A program made the translations under genes and the position numbers. A stretch of DNA of 61,181 nt, counting the filler, from Globobulimina sp. (lineage: Eukaryota): NCBI GenBank assembly GCA_003354225.1. It is 7 parts of 7 records of this genome, joined end to end, with 100 filler letters (N's around TTAATTAATTAA, not from the genome) between each part and the next. Parts side by side here need not be neighbours in the genome. Positions count along the whole stretch, not along the records: positions 43,847 to 52,466 come from PIVH01000073.1; positions 52,567 to 61,181 come from PIVH01000074.1; 5 more parts are not named here. The stretch is one strand, 5' to 3'. Within the stretch, counting starts at the first letter, position 1. Every line of letters begins with the position of its first letter. The notes beneath the pieces are model-generated. The model was not told the DNA's origin. It saw nothing but the letters and a program-made list of their open reading frames with translations, and searched no databases. Shown here piece by piece: positions 47,703-59,459 of the stretch.

Positions 47703-50700
47703 ATGCATCAAATGAATTCAAACCAACGAATAGCTAATTTGCATTATGTACTTGATGAACTGGATAAGTTATATACCGCGATACAGAATGGAATTCACAT
47801 CGAACCACAACAGACTAGAAAGCAACTGATTGAGTCATATCAATCACAAAGGAGGTACTCAAATAAAATGCCGTTTACATTGAACAAAAACACCATTTAC
47901 ATTACATTGCAAAATACAAAATACCAAACCCAAATACAGTCAATTTATGGATATGTTATCATTTATTCTGCCACCAATATCTACACCAAACGCCTCAATA
48001 ACGACAATCCCATCAATCACAGCGGCTTCGTCATCAATGTTCCCATCATGTATTGAGCAAAGTGGTGTTGGTCGCAATGATGACTGCGATAACGATAATG
48101 ATTCATCATCAAATAATAATGATAATAGTACGCTTAATCCAGAATCAAACGAATTTGTGCCATCATATACGTCAATACAACCAAACCAATCTGTTCCCTC
48201 CATTTCATCCATTCACTCAATGCATTCAGAATCAAACCCCATCAATAACCAATGGTATATATATCCACATTTATCGACATATATTTATAAATATATTAAT
48301 TATTGCCCAGGCAATCAATAACATCACCCACTAACAATAATGGATGGAGTGTAGGCGCCGTAGGTATACAAAGTGTACACGAGGAGGACGAGAATAACAA
48401 TACACAAAGTAAAGTCGATACCAATTCCTCATATCAATCCTCTCTCTTCGAGAACGCAAATAATATAAACAACACCAATCAATATGAATATTCTGATGAA
48501 TCGGATCATGCACATTATCTCACTCAAAACATTAATATTAACAATAATGACAATGACAATGACAATGATAAGGACAATAATAAGGACAATAATAATAACA
48601 ATGAGATATGCCAATATGATGAGCTCGGGATGAATAATGGAAGTAAATTGAAAGAAAAGTATGACTATGATTGCGATGATGACGATGATGATATTAATAA
48701 TAATACGTTTGAAGATGATAACGACCCATTACTAGGAAGTTCACCATTTGTGCACAACTATAATACAAATAATACAAATACAAATAATAATAATAATAAT
48801 AATGATTTACAATTAGTTATTCCATCCACCATTATTATGACTCCAATTGTTGAAGATCTCGATGAGGAAACCATTGAATTGAATAAAGTTAATTGCAACA
48901 TACATGATTTCAGATTAAATATATTGTATACAAATTAATGAAATTATACACAGAAAAAACTGTTTTATGAAAACGCTTCCAATTCGAAAAGAGAGAAGGT
49001 AATTAAATCACAAATCGGACATTTGCTAAAGTTTTACAAATGCGGTATTGATGAGAGAATATTTTTGGATGCGTATAGTAATTATTTTGGTTACAGTTTG
49101 GAGCTGTCATATTTAGCAAAATGTTCCAATTGGCATGATTTTTTACATAGCTGTACATGGCGGAAACAACACCACAATGACCACAATGACGAAACACAAT
49201 ATGTTTACACCAAATATAAATCACAATACCCGCATATTTACGCATTGAAACAAGTTGGCAATGACATGATTGGTATGCTAAACAATAACAATAATAATAA
49301 TAAAGATAATGAGGATGTATTGAGATTAATGGATGTAATGTTAGAATCATTCGAATGTGGCATTGTAAAGCGTCATATTACTCAAGTATTCCAATTATTT
49401 TATGGCAAAAAATTAAAATGTCCGAGTACCACTGCCACTGATCAACACATTACGAGATATTTTGATCGACACTGTATTTGCGCCAATTTATACACATTTT
49501 CAGGTAATATTGAAGCGGTTGACTCCATTTACATTTCAGCGAAAAGATTACAAAAATTGAAACAAAACATGTTAACCCAAATACGCAAAGAATTATTACA
49601 ATTATTTTTTTATCGTTCACCGTCAGGTATATTATTATCCGAACTCTCCTATGTTTATCGACAAAAATTTAAATCCAACATATGTTTAATCAATATCTCA
49701 TTGCTAAAATTTATAAATATTAATATGAATGAATATATTGAATGGTGCAATACGAGCAGAGGCACCTTATTTTATTTCCGATCGTATATGGGTTTGCCAC
49801 ATACCATCACCAAATTATTAAAATCCATTAATTTAAATCTGCGCTGTAAATGGATCCGGGATAAGGTGACTGCCATATTGTCATTATACAGACAAGGCAT
49901 CGAATGGAAATGTTTGGTGAAAGCAGTGCTATCTTTTGGTTCATTTCAATTATCTCAGTGGTTATTTACGGCGCCGACTCAAGAATCACCCCCTTCCTGT
50001 ATCCAATTATTACAATCGGTGATTGAGGAGTTGCACATTCAGCAAACCATAGTTACTGAAAATAATACCAATCAAAATAAGAAAAAAATATGCATACTCA
50101 AACAATACCTGTCATCCTCAAAAGGCAAAAAAAAGAAAAAGAAAAAAACCTTTGCGCCGGCCATCGATTGTCAAGATATATATTCTTATCATGACTTAGT
50201 GGTTAATTTATTAATTGAAGCAGATAAAAATACGAAAAGTATCCAAGAGAATAAAGGGTTATTTATTGAGCAAATTGAAAGTAAATTTAATCAAAAATAT
50301 GAAAAATTTAGATTAATAATTGAGACGCCTTTGGTATTAAATCAGATACGAAACAGAATCGATTATCAATTATTTGAAGAATGCAAACGATTTAAATATG
50401 ATCCATATCAATTTATGGCGTGTTCAAAGCCAAAACATTGGAATCATCCATACCGAAATTTTAATAAAAAAGCTCAAGAAACGCATTATACGAATATTAA
50501 TGAGTATAATACTACAAAATGGAGACAAAAGGAGAAGCAAAAGGACTTAAAAGAGAAAAGTAGCCCACCTCAACAATTAAAACAATTAAAAGAATGTAAA
50601 GTTACATCGACATCGACAGCGACATCGATATCGACATCAACTACGAGTACGCGTACAGTCGTTAAGTCATTTAATGACTTGCAACATAATGATATTTGTA

Positions 50701-51689
50701 TAATATATGGCTTAAAAAGCGGACAGTCGCAGGAGTCAACACAGTCAAATGGCGTATCTGTAAAATTAATATCATATTATAGCGACAAATCGAAATGGAA
50801 AGTAATGATTACAACCGGTAATGCGGTCGGTGATATTGAATATATTTCACCACTAAATTTGAAAGGGATTGATATTAATACCAAAGAGCACAATTTTTCG
50901 GAATTAAACCCGATCAAAGCCGATGCCACAAAAGTTGGATTAATAAATTTAAGTAAAAGTGCGTCGCGCTCACAAATTATTTATAAATTGGAGAAATCAT
51001 ACGGTGTAAAAGTGTTATACTGTTCTGATCTCATTCAAGATCCATACTGTTTGAAATCAAATTTTATCGCAAAATTAGAGCTGCAAAACTGCCACCAACT
51101 TGGCAAAATAATCAGCGCCGTGCAACAAGAAACATTACAAATTGATAAACAGTTAATAAAATTGCAATGTTATAACTATAAATATCCAAATTATAAAGAC
51201 ATGTTATTAAACATTACAAATATTATAATGAGTGAGTCAGAGGCACAAAACAGTAAAAATAAATTGTCAATAACGCAATTATACAAATTATACACAACAA
51301 CACTTGAAAAGAACACTGATATAAAAAAATTATCGCTTCTTAATTTCTGTCAACTTATCGAACACCAAAGAACCAAAATATATGTTGAAAAAAATATTAT
51401 TCGTTGCGTTAAACCGCAGAAAGTCATTCGGAATGATAAAATATGTAAAATGATAACTGCTGTTTTTGACCATCACTCACATGTTACGCCAAATAAATGG
51501 ACTGTCAAATCATTCAAAAAAAAATGGACACAAAAATATAATACAAATTTAAATGACAATGTGTTTGGAAAATATCGATCATTTATTCATTTTTTAAATG
51601 ATATTCAAACAAAATACAAAGTTGATATTATGAATAATCGCAAAAAAAATGATCATTCAAGCATTAAATTCAAAATAACTGTCAGATAA
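47703..51689 (+). CDS. PAM2 + multiple LOTUS/OST-HTH-like RNA-binding protein (multi-exon)
   Basis: PAM2-like STLNPESNEFVPS; repeated G(I/L)xxxx(F/L)xxxY...F..FL winged-helix-like units; RRM-like KVGLINLS...IAKLEL. Confidence 0.55.
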
Positions 51690-52566
51690 AAAAATATTAT
51701 ATTACCTTCCACTATTTTGTACCGTCCTTATTTCCGTTATCTTTTTTTTCATTTAATTTTCATTTGTTTTTGAGATTAACCTGTGAATGGCTGTGATGTA
51801 GACTTTTTTTTAAGATACCTCTTGGTACATATCGATGAATATCGCTACTTCGCTTAACGAAAAATGATCATATTCAAGAAATTTATGTTCAATATTTGTA
51901 TGGAAAAATGGTCGATAAGTTGAATACTTTTTAGGTTTACATTTTTTAATGTAGGTGCAAAAAACTTTAAAAAACTTAGTCAAATCACAAAAGAAGTGTT
52001 TAGAAGTGTGAGGCGTATTGACAATTGAATCGTTAACGGGTGGGGTGTATTACGGATTTCGAAACGATGTACCCTTTTTTATTTGTCCAAAAGCAGTAGA
52101 AGTTAAAAAAATGATAAAATGTTAAAAATCATTAAAATCCATGAAAAGTGCTAAAAAAAATGAATATTTATGGAAAACACAGAATGATCAAAATATTGCA
52201 GAATCACGAGAAAATCATCAGAATATATGCAGAATCACGAGAATACGATATTTTTGGCAGATTTTTAAAATTTTCGATGACTTTTCAGATCTATTATGGA
52301 TTATTGTGGATTTCTATCACTTTCTAAGGCTACTTTGCCATTGACTATATGTGTGAGACTGAAGAGTGTTTTGTTAACTAAGTTTTTGCTTACTTCACTT
52401 TTATACTGCTTTCTAAACTTATATTACTTCCTCGCACAATAAATATATTAGCAAGTCTCTACATTTNNNNNNNNNNNNNNNNNNNNNNNNNNNNNNNNNN
52501 NNNNNNNNNNTTAATTAATTAANNNNNNNNNNNNNNNNNNNNNNNNNNNNNNNNNNNNNNNNNNNN

Positions 52567-53130
52567 TCAATTTTTGATGTATGTGATCCAATATATCCAG
52601 AGGATGAAATACATTTTGATGCAGCGACTAATGGCAGTCGGGAGACAGGTTGGTGTCCGGCGATTGGTTGTTGGTACAAAGGCAATTGGTTTGCGGTCCC
52701 AATACCGGAGAGATTCACAAATAAATATATTTCATTACGTACGGAGTATGTCAAAGAATACGCGATTGCGCATTTTGAATTGTTAGCAATTATCACAGGA
52801 TTGCATACATTCAAACATTTAATCAAAGCGCACACAAAGATATTGCTAAAAACGGACAATAAACACGTTTTAGCAGTTATAATTAATAAGAATTCAGACG
52901 ATGAATTCTTACAAGATGGGGTTCGTTGGTTATGTATGTATGCAGTGGAATTATCTGTAAATTTATACATTGATTATATTAATACGAAAGCAAATAAAAT
53001 CCCGGATTTAGCGTCGAGATTTGATATAAAAACATTATTGAAAGTCGCAAAGAATAAATGTAGGAGAAATGGGTGGAAATTAAGGGATTGTTCGAGAGAA
53101 TGTAATTTTCCATACATACATGATTGGTAA
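52567..53130 (+). CDS. RNase H domain (C-terminus of pol, continued from the window end)
   Basis: HFDAATNG...IAHFELLAIITGL...LLKTDN...YINTKANKIPDLASR is a DIRS-type RNase HI pattern. Confidence 0.9.
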   Translation, partial: SIFDVCDPIYPEDEIHFDAATNGSRETGWCPAIGCWYKGNWFAVPIPERFTNKYISLRTEYVKEYAIAHFELLAIITGLHTFKHLIKAHTKILLKTDNKHVLAVIINKNSDDEFLQDGVRWLCMYAVELSVNLYIDYINTKANKIPDLASRFDIKTLLKVAKNKCRRNGWKLRDCSRECNFPYIHDW

Positions 53131-54114
53131 ATGGAGATTGTTGTATTTTGTTCAAATAATAATGTAAAATCATTTTAATATCCATTCATTTGTAATAAAT
53201 ATGTTGATTCGTAATGTTTTGGTTGAGTTGAATTATGTGATTTGTATTAAGATATTAATAATGAATATTTCTGTAACAAATAGATTAATATTAATGTGAT
53301 AAATGTATTAATATTTGGACTTAGTGAAATTGGGTCGGGACTCTGTATTTAATCGACGTTGTTTACAGTGGCAACAACGGATTGACTCAGAAATGACGGT
53401 GAATATTTCATTGATTTGTTAAAAATTAACGTAATTCATCAGATTCTGGGGATTGAAATGGTTGTTTTTGTTGTATTAATAAATGATTTCCGATATTTTG
53501 TGATATTTCGTGTTTTTTGGTGGACGGATGGTCCTTGGTTTGATTGTAAATTTTATTTGTTTTCAATTTATTAATCAGTAATTGGGCGATAATAAGCAAG
53601 ATTTAATAAAAAATACATCGGAAATTATGTTTAATGTATGATTTAGCCTTCGAATCAGAAGGAACATAAAGTGGTATTTGTATAAAAATGTCATTTGTTT
53701 ACATAAATTGTGATAATTTGTATTGGTTCCTTTCCCGCAAATAAAATCAGGCCTGACCGGGTACTCAGAAAATAAGTCATTTCAACATGGAATATTTCAT
53801 GGAAACGTGTGTCTTGTCATTATTTAATAAATCATATGCATTAAATATAGATTAATTAATATTAATTGAGATATCGCAATTTGTATCAATATCGATAAAT
53901 ATGATGATTTGTTTCTGTTTTTATATAACAGATTGACTATGGAGACTTTATAGAGTGACTATAGAGTGATTACATTAGCATTGGTTGAGGTTATATCACA
54001 TATAGATTGATAGTGACAGTCGGTGTCATTGTTTTGTACGTTTTATAGGGGCACGGATTTTGTTTTAGTTTACTGTAAAAACAAAAAAACCGTCAACGTT
54101 TGGGTTAGTTTGCT

Positions 54115-55473
54115 TTGTGTTTGTATGTATTGTATACATTTTATATAGTTAGAGGCAGACAATATGATCACCCGATTTGGTCGAAAATAAATCCGATTTA
54201 CAAGGAATTACTATTTATGGCGTTAAATGGTGGAGTGAGGGAGTCCACAGAATCAACGTATGTGAAGAATTTTTTATTTTATTGGAAGACGATGAGGAAT
54301 TTTGGTTTGACGGATGAGGAAGTTTGGACGTTCCCGACTCCTGACGCATTTTTGCAACTATATACGATTCAATGTTGTATGGTGCAGAAGAAAGTAAATT
54401 GTTGGTCCACTATGAGACTAAAATATAGATCCATTGATTTTGTCGCGCAGTTATGTGGAAAATTTCAATCGTGGTCGGATAATCCGGCACTATATGCATT
54501 AACGAAATATGTTAAGAAGAGAAACCCGGGAAAAGGATCAAACACTTTACCGGTGACAGCAGATATATTGTTACAAATGTGTACATATATTCTGACGTTT
54601 AAGGTTTATAATGATTTGATATTGACAGATAATGAGAAAAGGCTGAAGAAGAAGTGGCTGTCTTTTAAAAAGATATGGCAGGATAAGAAGAGGTTATTTT
54701 GGTATATGTTTACTATATCTATTTTATTTGTGGGCGTATTAGGATTGAGAGGGGCGGAGTGTTATGAAAATAACAACAAAGCCTATGTTGGTTATGGTCT
54801 TTATTTATCGGATTTGGACTTTTATTGGTTGGATGACAATACCAATACGATTTATCAAAATAATGCCTTTTCCCTTGCGTATGAAGATCTGCATCATGTT
54901 AGGGTCAGATTGAGGAATTCCAAGGGAAAGACGAAAGGCAAGGATGTTATGTTAAGAGTGGGTAAAACCAATAATAAGATTGATTTGGCAGTAATCCTCT
55001 TACATATCTATCATACGCAGAAGAGAGATCTGAAAAAGATCCACAGATTAAGTTTGCGTAAATATTATTTATTTCAACCAATTAAAAGAAGTATGAAATT
55101 AAGAACGGTTAAGAAATATTGGAAGATGATTGTGGTAGAAATGGGTTTCTGGGAAGCAGAGAGATATAGGTTTCATGGATTGAGAAAGGGATTTGCGACA
55201 ACCCTGCAACAGAAAGGAGTGCCAATGAGCTTAATTGCCTTCGCTGGCAGATGGAAGTTAACTGCTGCAATTTATAGATATTTGATTCATACACAGAGAG
55301 ATCTGATATGCTTAGCAAATATTTTCCTATATGGAAAAAATAGAAATAAAATTGCGTTGGATATGGATGCAAATGAATGTGATTTGGTGAGAGAATTTAA
55401 TAATAATAACGAACAATTTTCAATGGAATTTATTAATGAATATCAGGCAAAATTATGTGAATATGAAATATAG
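54115..55473 (+). CDS. Tyrosine recombinase (DIRS/Ngaro type)
   Basis: RESTESTY N-terminus; GLRGAE (R), LRNSKG (K), FHGLRKGFAT (HxxR), AGRW and YRY (Y). True start uncertain (ATG at ~54218, or spliced). Confidence 0.92.
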   Translation: MCLYVLYTFYIVRGRQYDHPIWSKINPIYKELLFMALNGGVRESTESTYVKNFLFYWKTMRNFGLTDEEVWTFPTPDAFLQLYTIQCCMVQKKVNCWSTMRLKYRSIDFVAQLCGKFQSWSDNPALYALTKYVKKRNPGKGSNTLPVTADILLQMCTYILTFKVYNDLILTDNEKRLKKKWLSFKKIWQDKKRLFWYMFTISILFVGVLGLRGAECYENNNKAYVGYGLYLSDLDFYWLDDNTNTIYQNNAFSLAYEDLHHVRVRLRNSKGKTKGKDVMLRVGKTNNKIDLAVILLHIYHTQKRDLKKIHRLSLRKYYLFQPIKRSMKLRTVKKYWKMIVVEMGFWEAERYRFHGLRKGFATTLQQKGVPMSLIAFAGRWKLTAAIYRYLIHTQRDLICLANIFLYGKNRNKIALDMDANECDLVREFNNNNEQFSMEFINEYQAKLCEYEI

Positions 55474-55953
55474 CCTTGGTGGTGGTGGGGGGATTAAATT
55501 AATTAAGTATTGATTGTTTGTGATAAATTATGCGATGTGGAGTAAGTTATGTATATTGATTATATTTAGTATATATTATAATGGATATTGATGATAACGA
55601 GATGGAGATTGGAATAGGTTTAATATTATGGGCTATTGTTAATATGTATTATAAAGTATATTTAATTGAATTTAAATTAATATTATTTTATCCACATCGA
55701 TAATTGTCAATAAAACTGAACGTTGTGTAAGCGACGAAGGTTTCATTCAATTTGAAGATACCTAAAGTGACTGACTTAAAAGTTTTTGTTTTGTTGTGTT
55801 GTGAATTACTTTTTCTTTTTCCTTGCACAGAAAAAGAAAAAAGAGATATTTATTGCAATTTTCGTTTGCATTAAATAGCAAAAGTCTGAAAGTAGCAAAT
55901 ACAGTCAGATTTTATTGAGATTACTTGCATACAACGTTAGTCAGTCCTAAGTT

Positions 55954-57357
55954 ATGGCGTTAGGATTAATTGGAGGAATCTCTAAAGAGAAGGCGCAGGC
56001 AATGAGAAAGCGTTTGAAAATAAGTGATTTGGATGATTGGTTGAATACGACCTTATTACTTTTCCCGGGCTATGCGCATGACATTGCATTCAAAAAACCG
56101 GCAGATAGAAATGCGCTATTTATTCAAAATAATGGTATTAATAAAATGGTCGGCATTGAGTTTGAAGGGAAGAAGGAATTATTTCTGAGATTATGTCCGC
56201 GTTTTAATAAGAATCCAGCCGATGCGAATAATAATGTAACGGAGAAAAAGCAGGATGTGGCGACGTTGCTAACTATTTTATTCAAAGAGGTATTATCAAT
56301 GTTACATTTTAATGTTTTGTTGACATTGAAGGAGCTATGGAATGTATTGCATGAAAAAGTAGATAAATTTTTAACAAATATTGGCAGTACGTTTTTGAAT
56401 TTGGAATATTCTCGGTTAGGTAATTTTGGTTTGGTGGAGGAAGAGGAGGAGACTGTGATTGAAATTAGAAGGAATTTAACGAAGGTAATGGAGTCTTTGG
56501 CGTTAGGTTTAATGTCCAAAGATATATTTAAAAAGGCATATGAGTTAAAACCTGACGATGTATTGAATATATTTAATGCATCGGAACTAAAGCAATTTGC
56601 AGCGGAATCATTTCAGGCATTTCAGGGTGGTGTGGATAACCATTTTAATTCTTTATTACCTCCTCCTAAGCCTGCACCAGCTGCAGATCCAAAACCAAAA
56701 CCAAAACCAAAACCCAAACCTAAACCCAAACCAAAACCTAAACCGAAATCAAAGCCGAAACCAAAATCTAAACAAAAACCGGTCGGCAGAAAATTGAGGC
56801 ATATTGTTAGGAGAAGGGAAGAAGAGACGGAAGAAGAAGATGGTTCGTCTGATTCCAGTGGGGATCAGAGGATGGAACGAGATGGAGATGAAAAAGAAAA
56901 GAAAGTCAGATTTGGTGATGATTTGGATGAGGTTACGAGAGAAGAAATAAATGAGATTTTAGATGCAGATGACCGTATGGATGGTGATAATACGGAATTA
57001 TTAAAATCTTATATAAATAAATTAGAAAAGCAGATTGAAAGAAGTAAGGCTGAGGAATATAGGGTAGACTCAATGGAAAATATAAAAAGATATGCGGACA
57101 GTCATGGTTTGGGTGACCGGGACAATAAATACTATGCAACAAAGGAAGACTTAGAACATTTACAGAAGATATTTCAGCCAAAAGGATCGATGAGCGCTGT
57201 GAATGAATTGATGACTGAAAGTATTAATAATATTTGGGGCATATTAAGGAAGCCGGAATTGTCGCCAATAGATACACGTAATGCAATGATACACATTGCA
57301 ACAAGTTATGTATCAGATACCCTCTTTATTTCTTCCTTTATTTTTATTTTATTTTAA
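55954..57357 (+). CDS. ORF1/gag N-terminal part with (PK)n and acidic tracts
   Basis: 467-aa ORF with a PKPKPK repeat at ~56690-56780. Probably spliced to 57641. Confidence 0.7.
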   Translation: MALGLIGGISKEKAQAMRKRLKISDLDDWLNTTLLLFPGYAHDIAFKKPADRNALFIQNNGINKMVGIEFEGKKELFLRLCPRFNKNPADANNNVTEKKQDVATLLTILFKEVLSMLHFNVLLTLKELWNVLHEKVDKFLTNIGSTFLNLEYSRLGNFGLVEEEEETVIEIRRNLTKVMESLALGLMSKDIFKKAYELKPDDVLNIFNASELKQFAAESFQAFQGGVDNHFNSLLPPPKPAPAADPKPKPKPKPKPKPKPKPKPKSKPKPKSKQKPVGRKLRHIVRRREEETEEEDGSSDSSGDQRMERDGDEKEKKVRFGDDLDEVTREEINEILDADDRMDGDNTELLKSYINKLEKQIERSKAEEYRVDSMENIKRYADSHGLGDRDNKYYATKEDLEHLQKIFQPKGSMSAVNELMTESINNIWGILRKPELSPIDTRNAMIHIATSYVSDTLFISSFIFILF

Positions 57358-57645
57358 ATTTTTATGGTAAACTAATACGTGTTCCCTGTCCCACAATTAA
57401 AAAATACAATTTTTCCAATACGTGCGTGTATTGTGTTTGTTGGGACATATATGTTTAGTATGGATTTATTTGATATTATATTAAATAAAATCTTTTATTT
57501 ACGCAAAGTTGCACCACATATGATACTGTATGCAGTTAAAAAATGTTTAAATTTTTTATTAAAAAATAGTATTTTATTTTTAATTTTGATTGTTTGTCAA
57601 GTTATTTTATTTGATATCTGATTTTATTATGTATTTTTAGGAGGA

Positions 57646-58857
57646 ATGTTACATGACAAAATAAATAAAAATGATGGTATTAATTTATTAAAGCAGGCTG
57701 AATTAAAGATTGCTTTGAGGGAATTTATTCATTTTTTAGTTTATGGTTTCGGAGATCCATTTTATTTAATTAAATTTATGTGGGCAAGTCATTGGAAAAT
57801 ACATTTAAATTATGGTGTCAATATAAAATCTGCATTAAAGAAATTTATTAGTAATAAGATGTCATTTCATACATTATGGTCAACCATCACATTAAGAGCT
57901 ATTGATACTTTATTATCATATTCGTCAAAGGATATTAGATATAATAAAGTATATTCATTAATAATTAACAATATTAATGGAATGAGACTGTTTGCGAAGA
58001 CGCAAATATTTCCATTGATTAATGACAAATCCATTAAAGCAAATATATTTTGGCAAAAAGTATCTATTGCTTTGTATATAAATAAATGGAGAGACTATAA
58101 TGAAGAATGTATTTTGTGTTGGAAATCATCAGAATTCACACATTCATGGAAAATGCATATGAATTCGGAGGAAAGTAAGTTATATGCGATCGAAAACCTG
58201 CCCAATGAATGTAAAATACTATTTGTTGGAAATGGTGATAATGATATTGTGATGGAAGATGTTGGTGAAATTGATGGAAAAAAGGTTGGTGGTGATGCAG
58301 AAAAACAAAATAGATTTAATAAGAAATTAAAGTGTTATAATTGTGGTGGACCGCATTTAAAGAGAAACTGTCCAAAAATTATCCAAAAATATAATACAAA
58401 ATTGGCGAGAAATAATAAGAAATTAAGAAAGAGATTAAGAGATGGTCGAGATAGGAATTATGATAAAGCACCACCAAATCAGTCGCAATATCGAAGGCCA
58501 TATACTCCGCCATATAAAAAGCAGAGATATGATCAAAATTATCAACATCGAAAGAATTATAATCAAAATGATGATAATAGGACTGATGAGAGGCGTACAA
58601 CGGAGACATATCAGAGGCCACAGAAAGGGGCGAAGTTTTATAATGTCAATGATGGATCGTATTTTATTAAGGATGCATATTATGGTGACAGACCGTGTCA
58701 TTTTTGGAAAGATTATAATTATGTTTGCAAGTTTAAAAATGATTTCTTATTATGTGGCTATCCACATTATTGTGAGAGATGTGGTATTGCGAATGAACAT
58801 ACCTCCTATAATTGTCCCAATGCGCAATCAAAGAGATTTGCAGGTCATGGGCGTTAA
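57646..58857 (+). CDS. gag C-terminal part with zinc knuckles
   Basis: CYNCGGPHLKRNC and a terminal CHFW...C......C...H.C..C....H....C double finger typical of Ngaro-like gag. Confidence 0.85.
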   Translation: MLHDKINKNDGINLLKQAELKIALREFIHFLVYGFGDPFYLIKFMWASHWKIHLNYGVNIKSALKKFISNKMSFHTLWSTITLRAIDTLLSYSSKDIRYNKVYSLIINNINGMRLFAKTQIFPLINDKSIKANIFWQKVSIALYINKWRDYNEECILCWKSSEFTHSWKMHMNSEESKLYAIENLPNECKILFVGNGDNDIVMEDVGEIDGKKVGGDAEKQNRFNKKLKCYNCGGPHLKRNCPKIIQKYNTKLARNNKKLRKRLRDGRDRNYDKAPPNQSQYRRPYTPPYKKQRYDQNYQHRKNYNQNDDNRTDERRTTETYQRPQKGAKFYNVNDGSYFIKDAYYGDRPCHFWKDYNYVCKFKNDFLLCGYPHYCERCGIANEHTSYNCPNAQSKRFAGHGR

Positions 58858-59459
58858 GGGAGATTCGCTATGATAAATATCCATATTAATGAATTAAAAA
58901 TTAGTTTTATTAATCAATTTCATTGTATATAATATACTTATTTATATTATGATTATTATTTTGTTTTTTATTTCATGGATTGTAATGATGATAAAATACG
59001 TATATATATTATATTGATTTGTTGTAATGAATGAATTTGATGGATATTATTTTATCTGTATATATAAATAAACATTTTATTTTAAAAAAGAAGAAATAAA
59101 TAAAAGAGATAGGGAGTAAAAGAAGAGGGAAATGTGTATTATGTTTTTATCTCAGTTATAAACAGAGCTCCTTTGATATTGATTAGATTCTGATATATTG
59201 TGAGTGGCGCATAAAAATTGTGTTTTGTTTGCTTGCAAAGTATTATTTAATATGGTTTTAAAAAGTAGAATAAACGTCAGATCTTTATAAAAATAGAGAT
59301 TATGGATGCAAGTAAAGAGATAAAATCATTTAATAAAAGGTTGCATGAATACTTTTAGGTATTTCAGGATTAGCGTAAAAATCCAAAAGGAAGCAGTGAA
59401 ACATATGTGGTGTATAAAATAAATATAGAATAAAGTTTTAAAAAGTTGTAAATATATAT

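Noticed and set aside
52100-52345. ORF 52141-52344 and the GAATCACGAGAA duplication
   Set aside because: Short, low-complexity and near the contig end; insufficient support.
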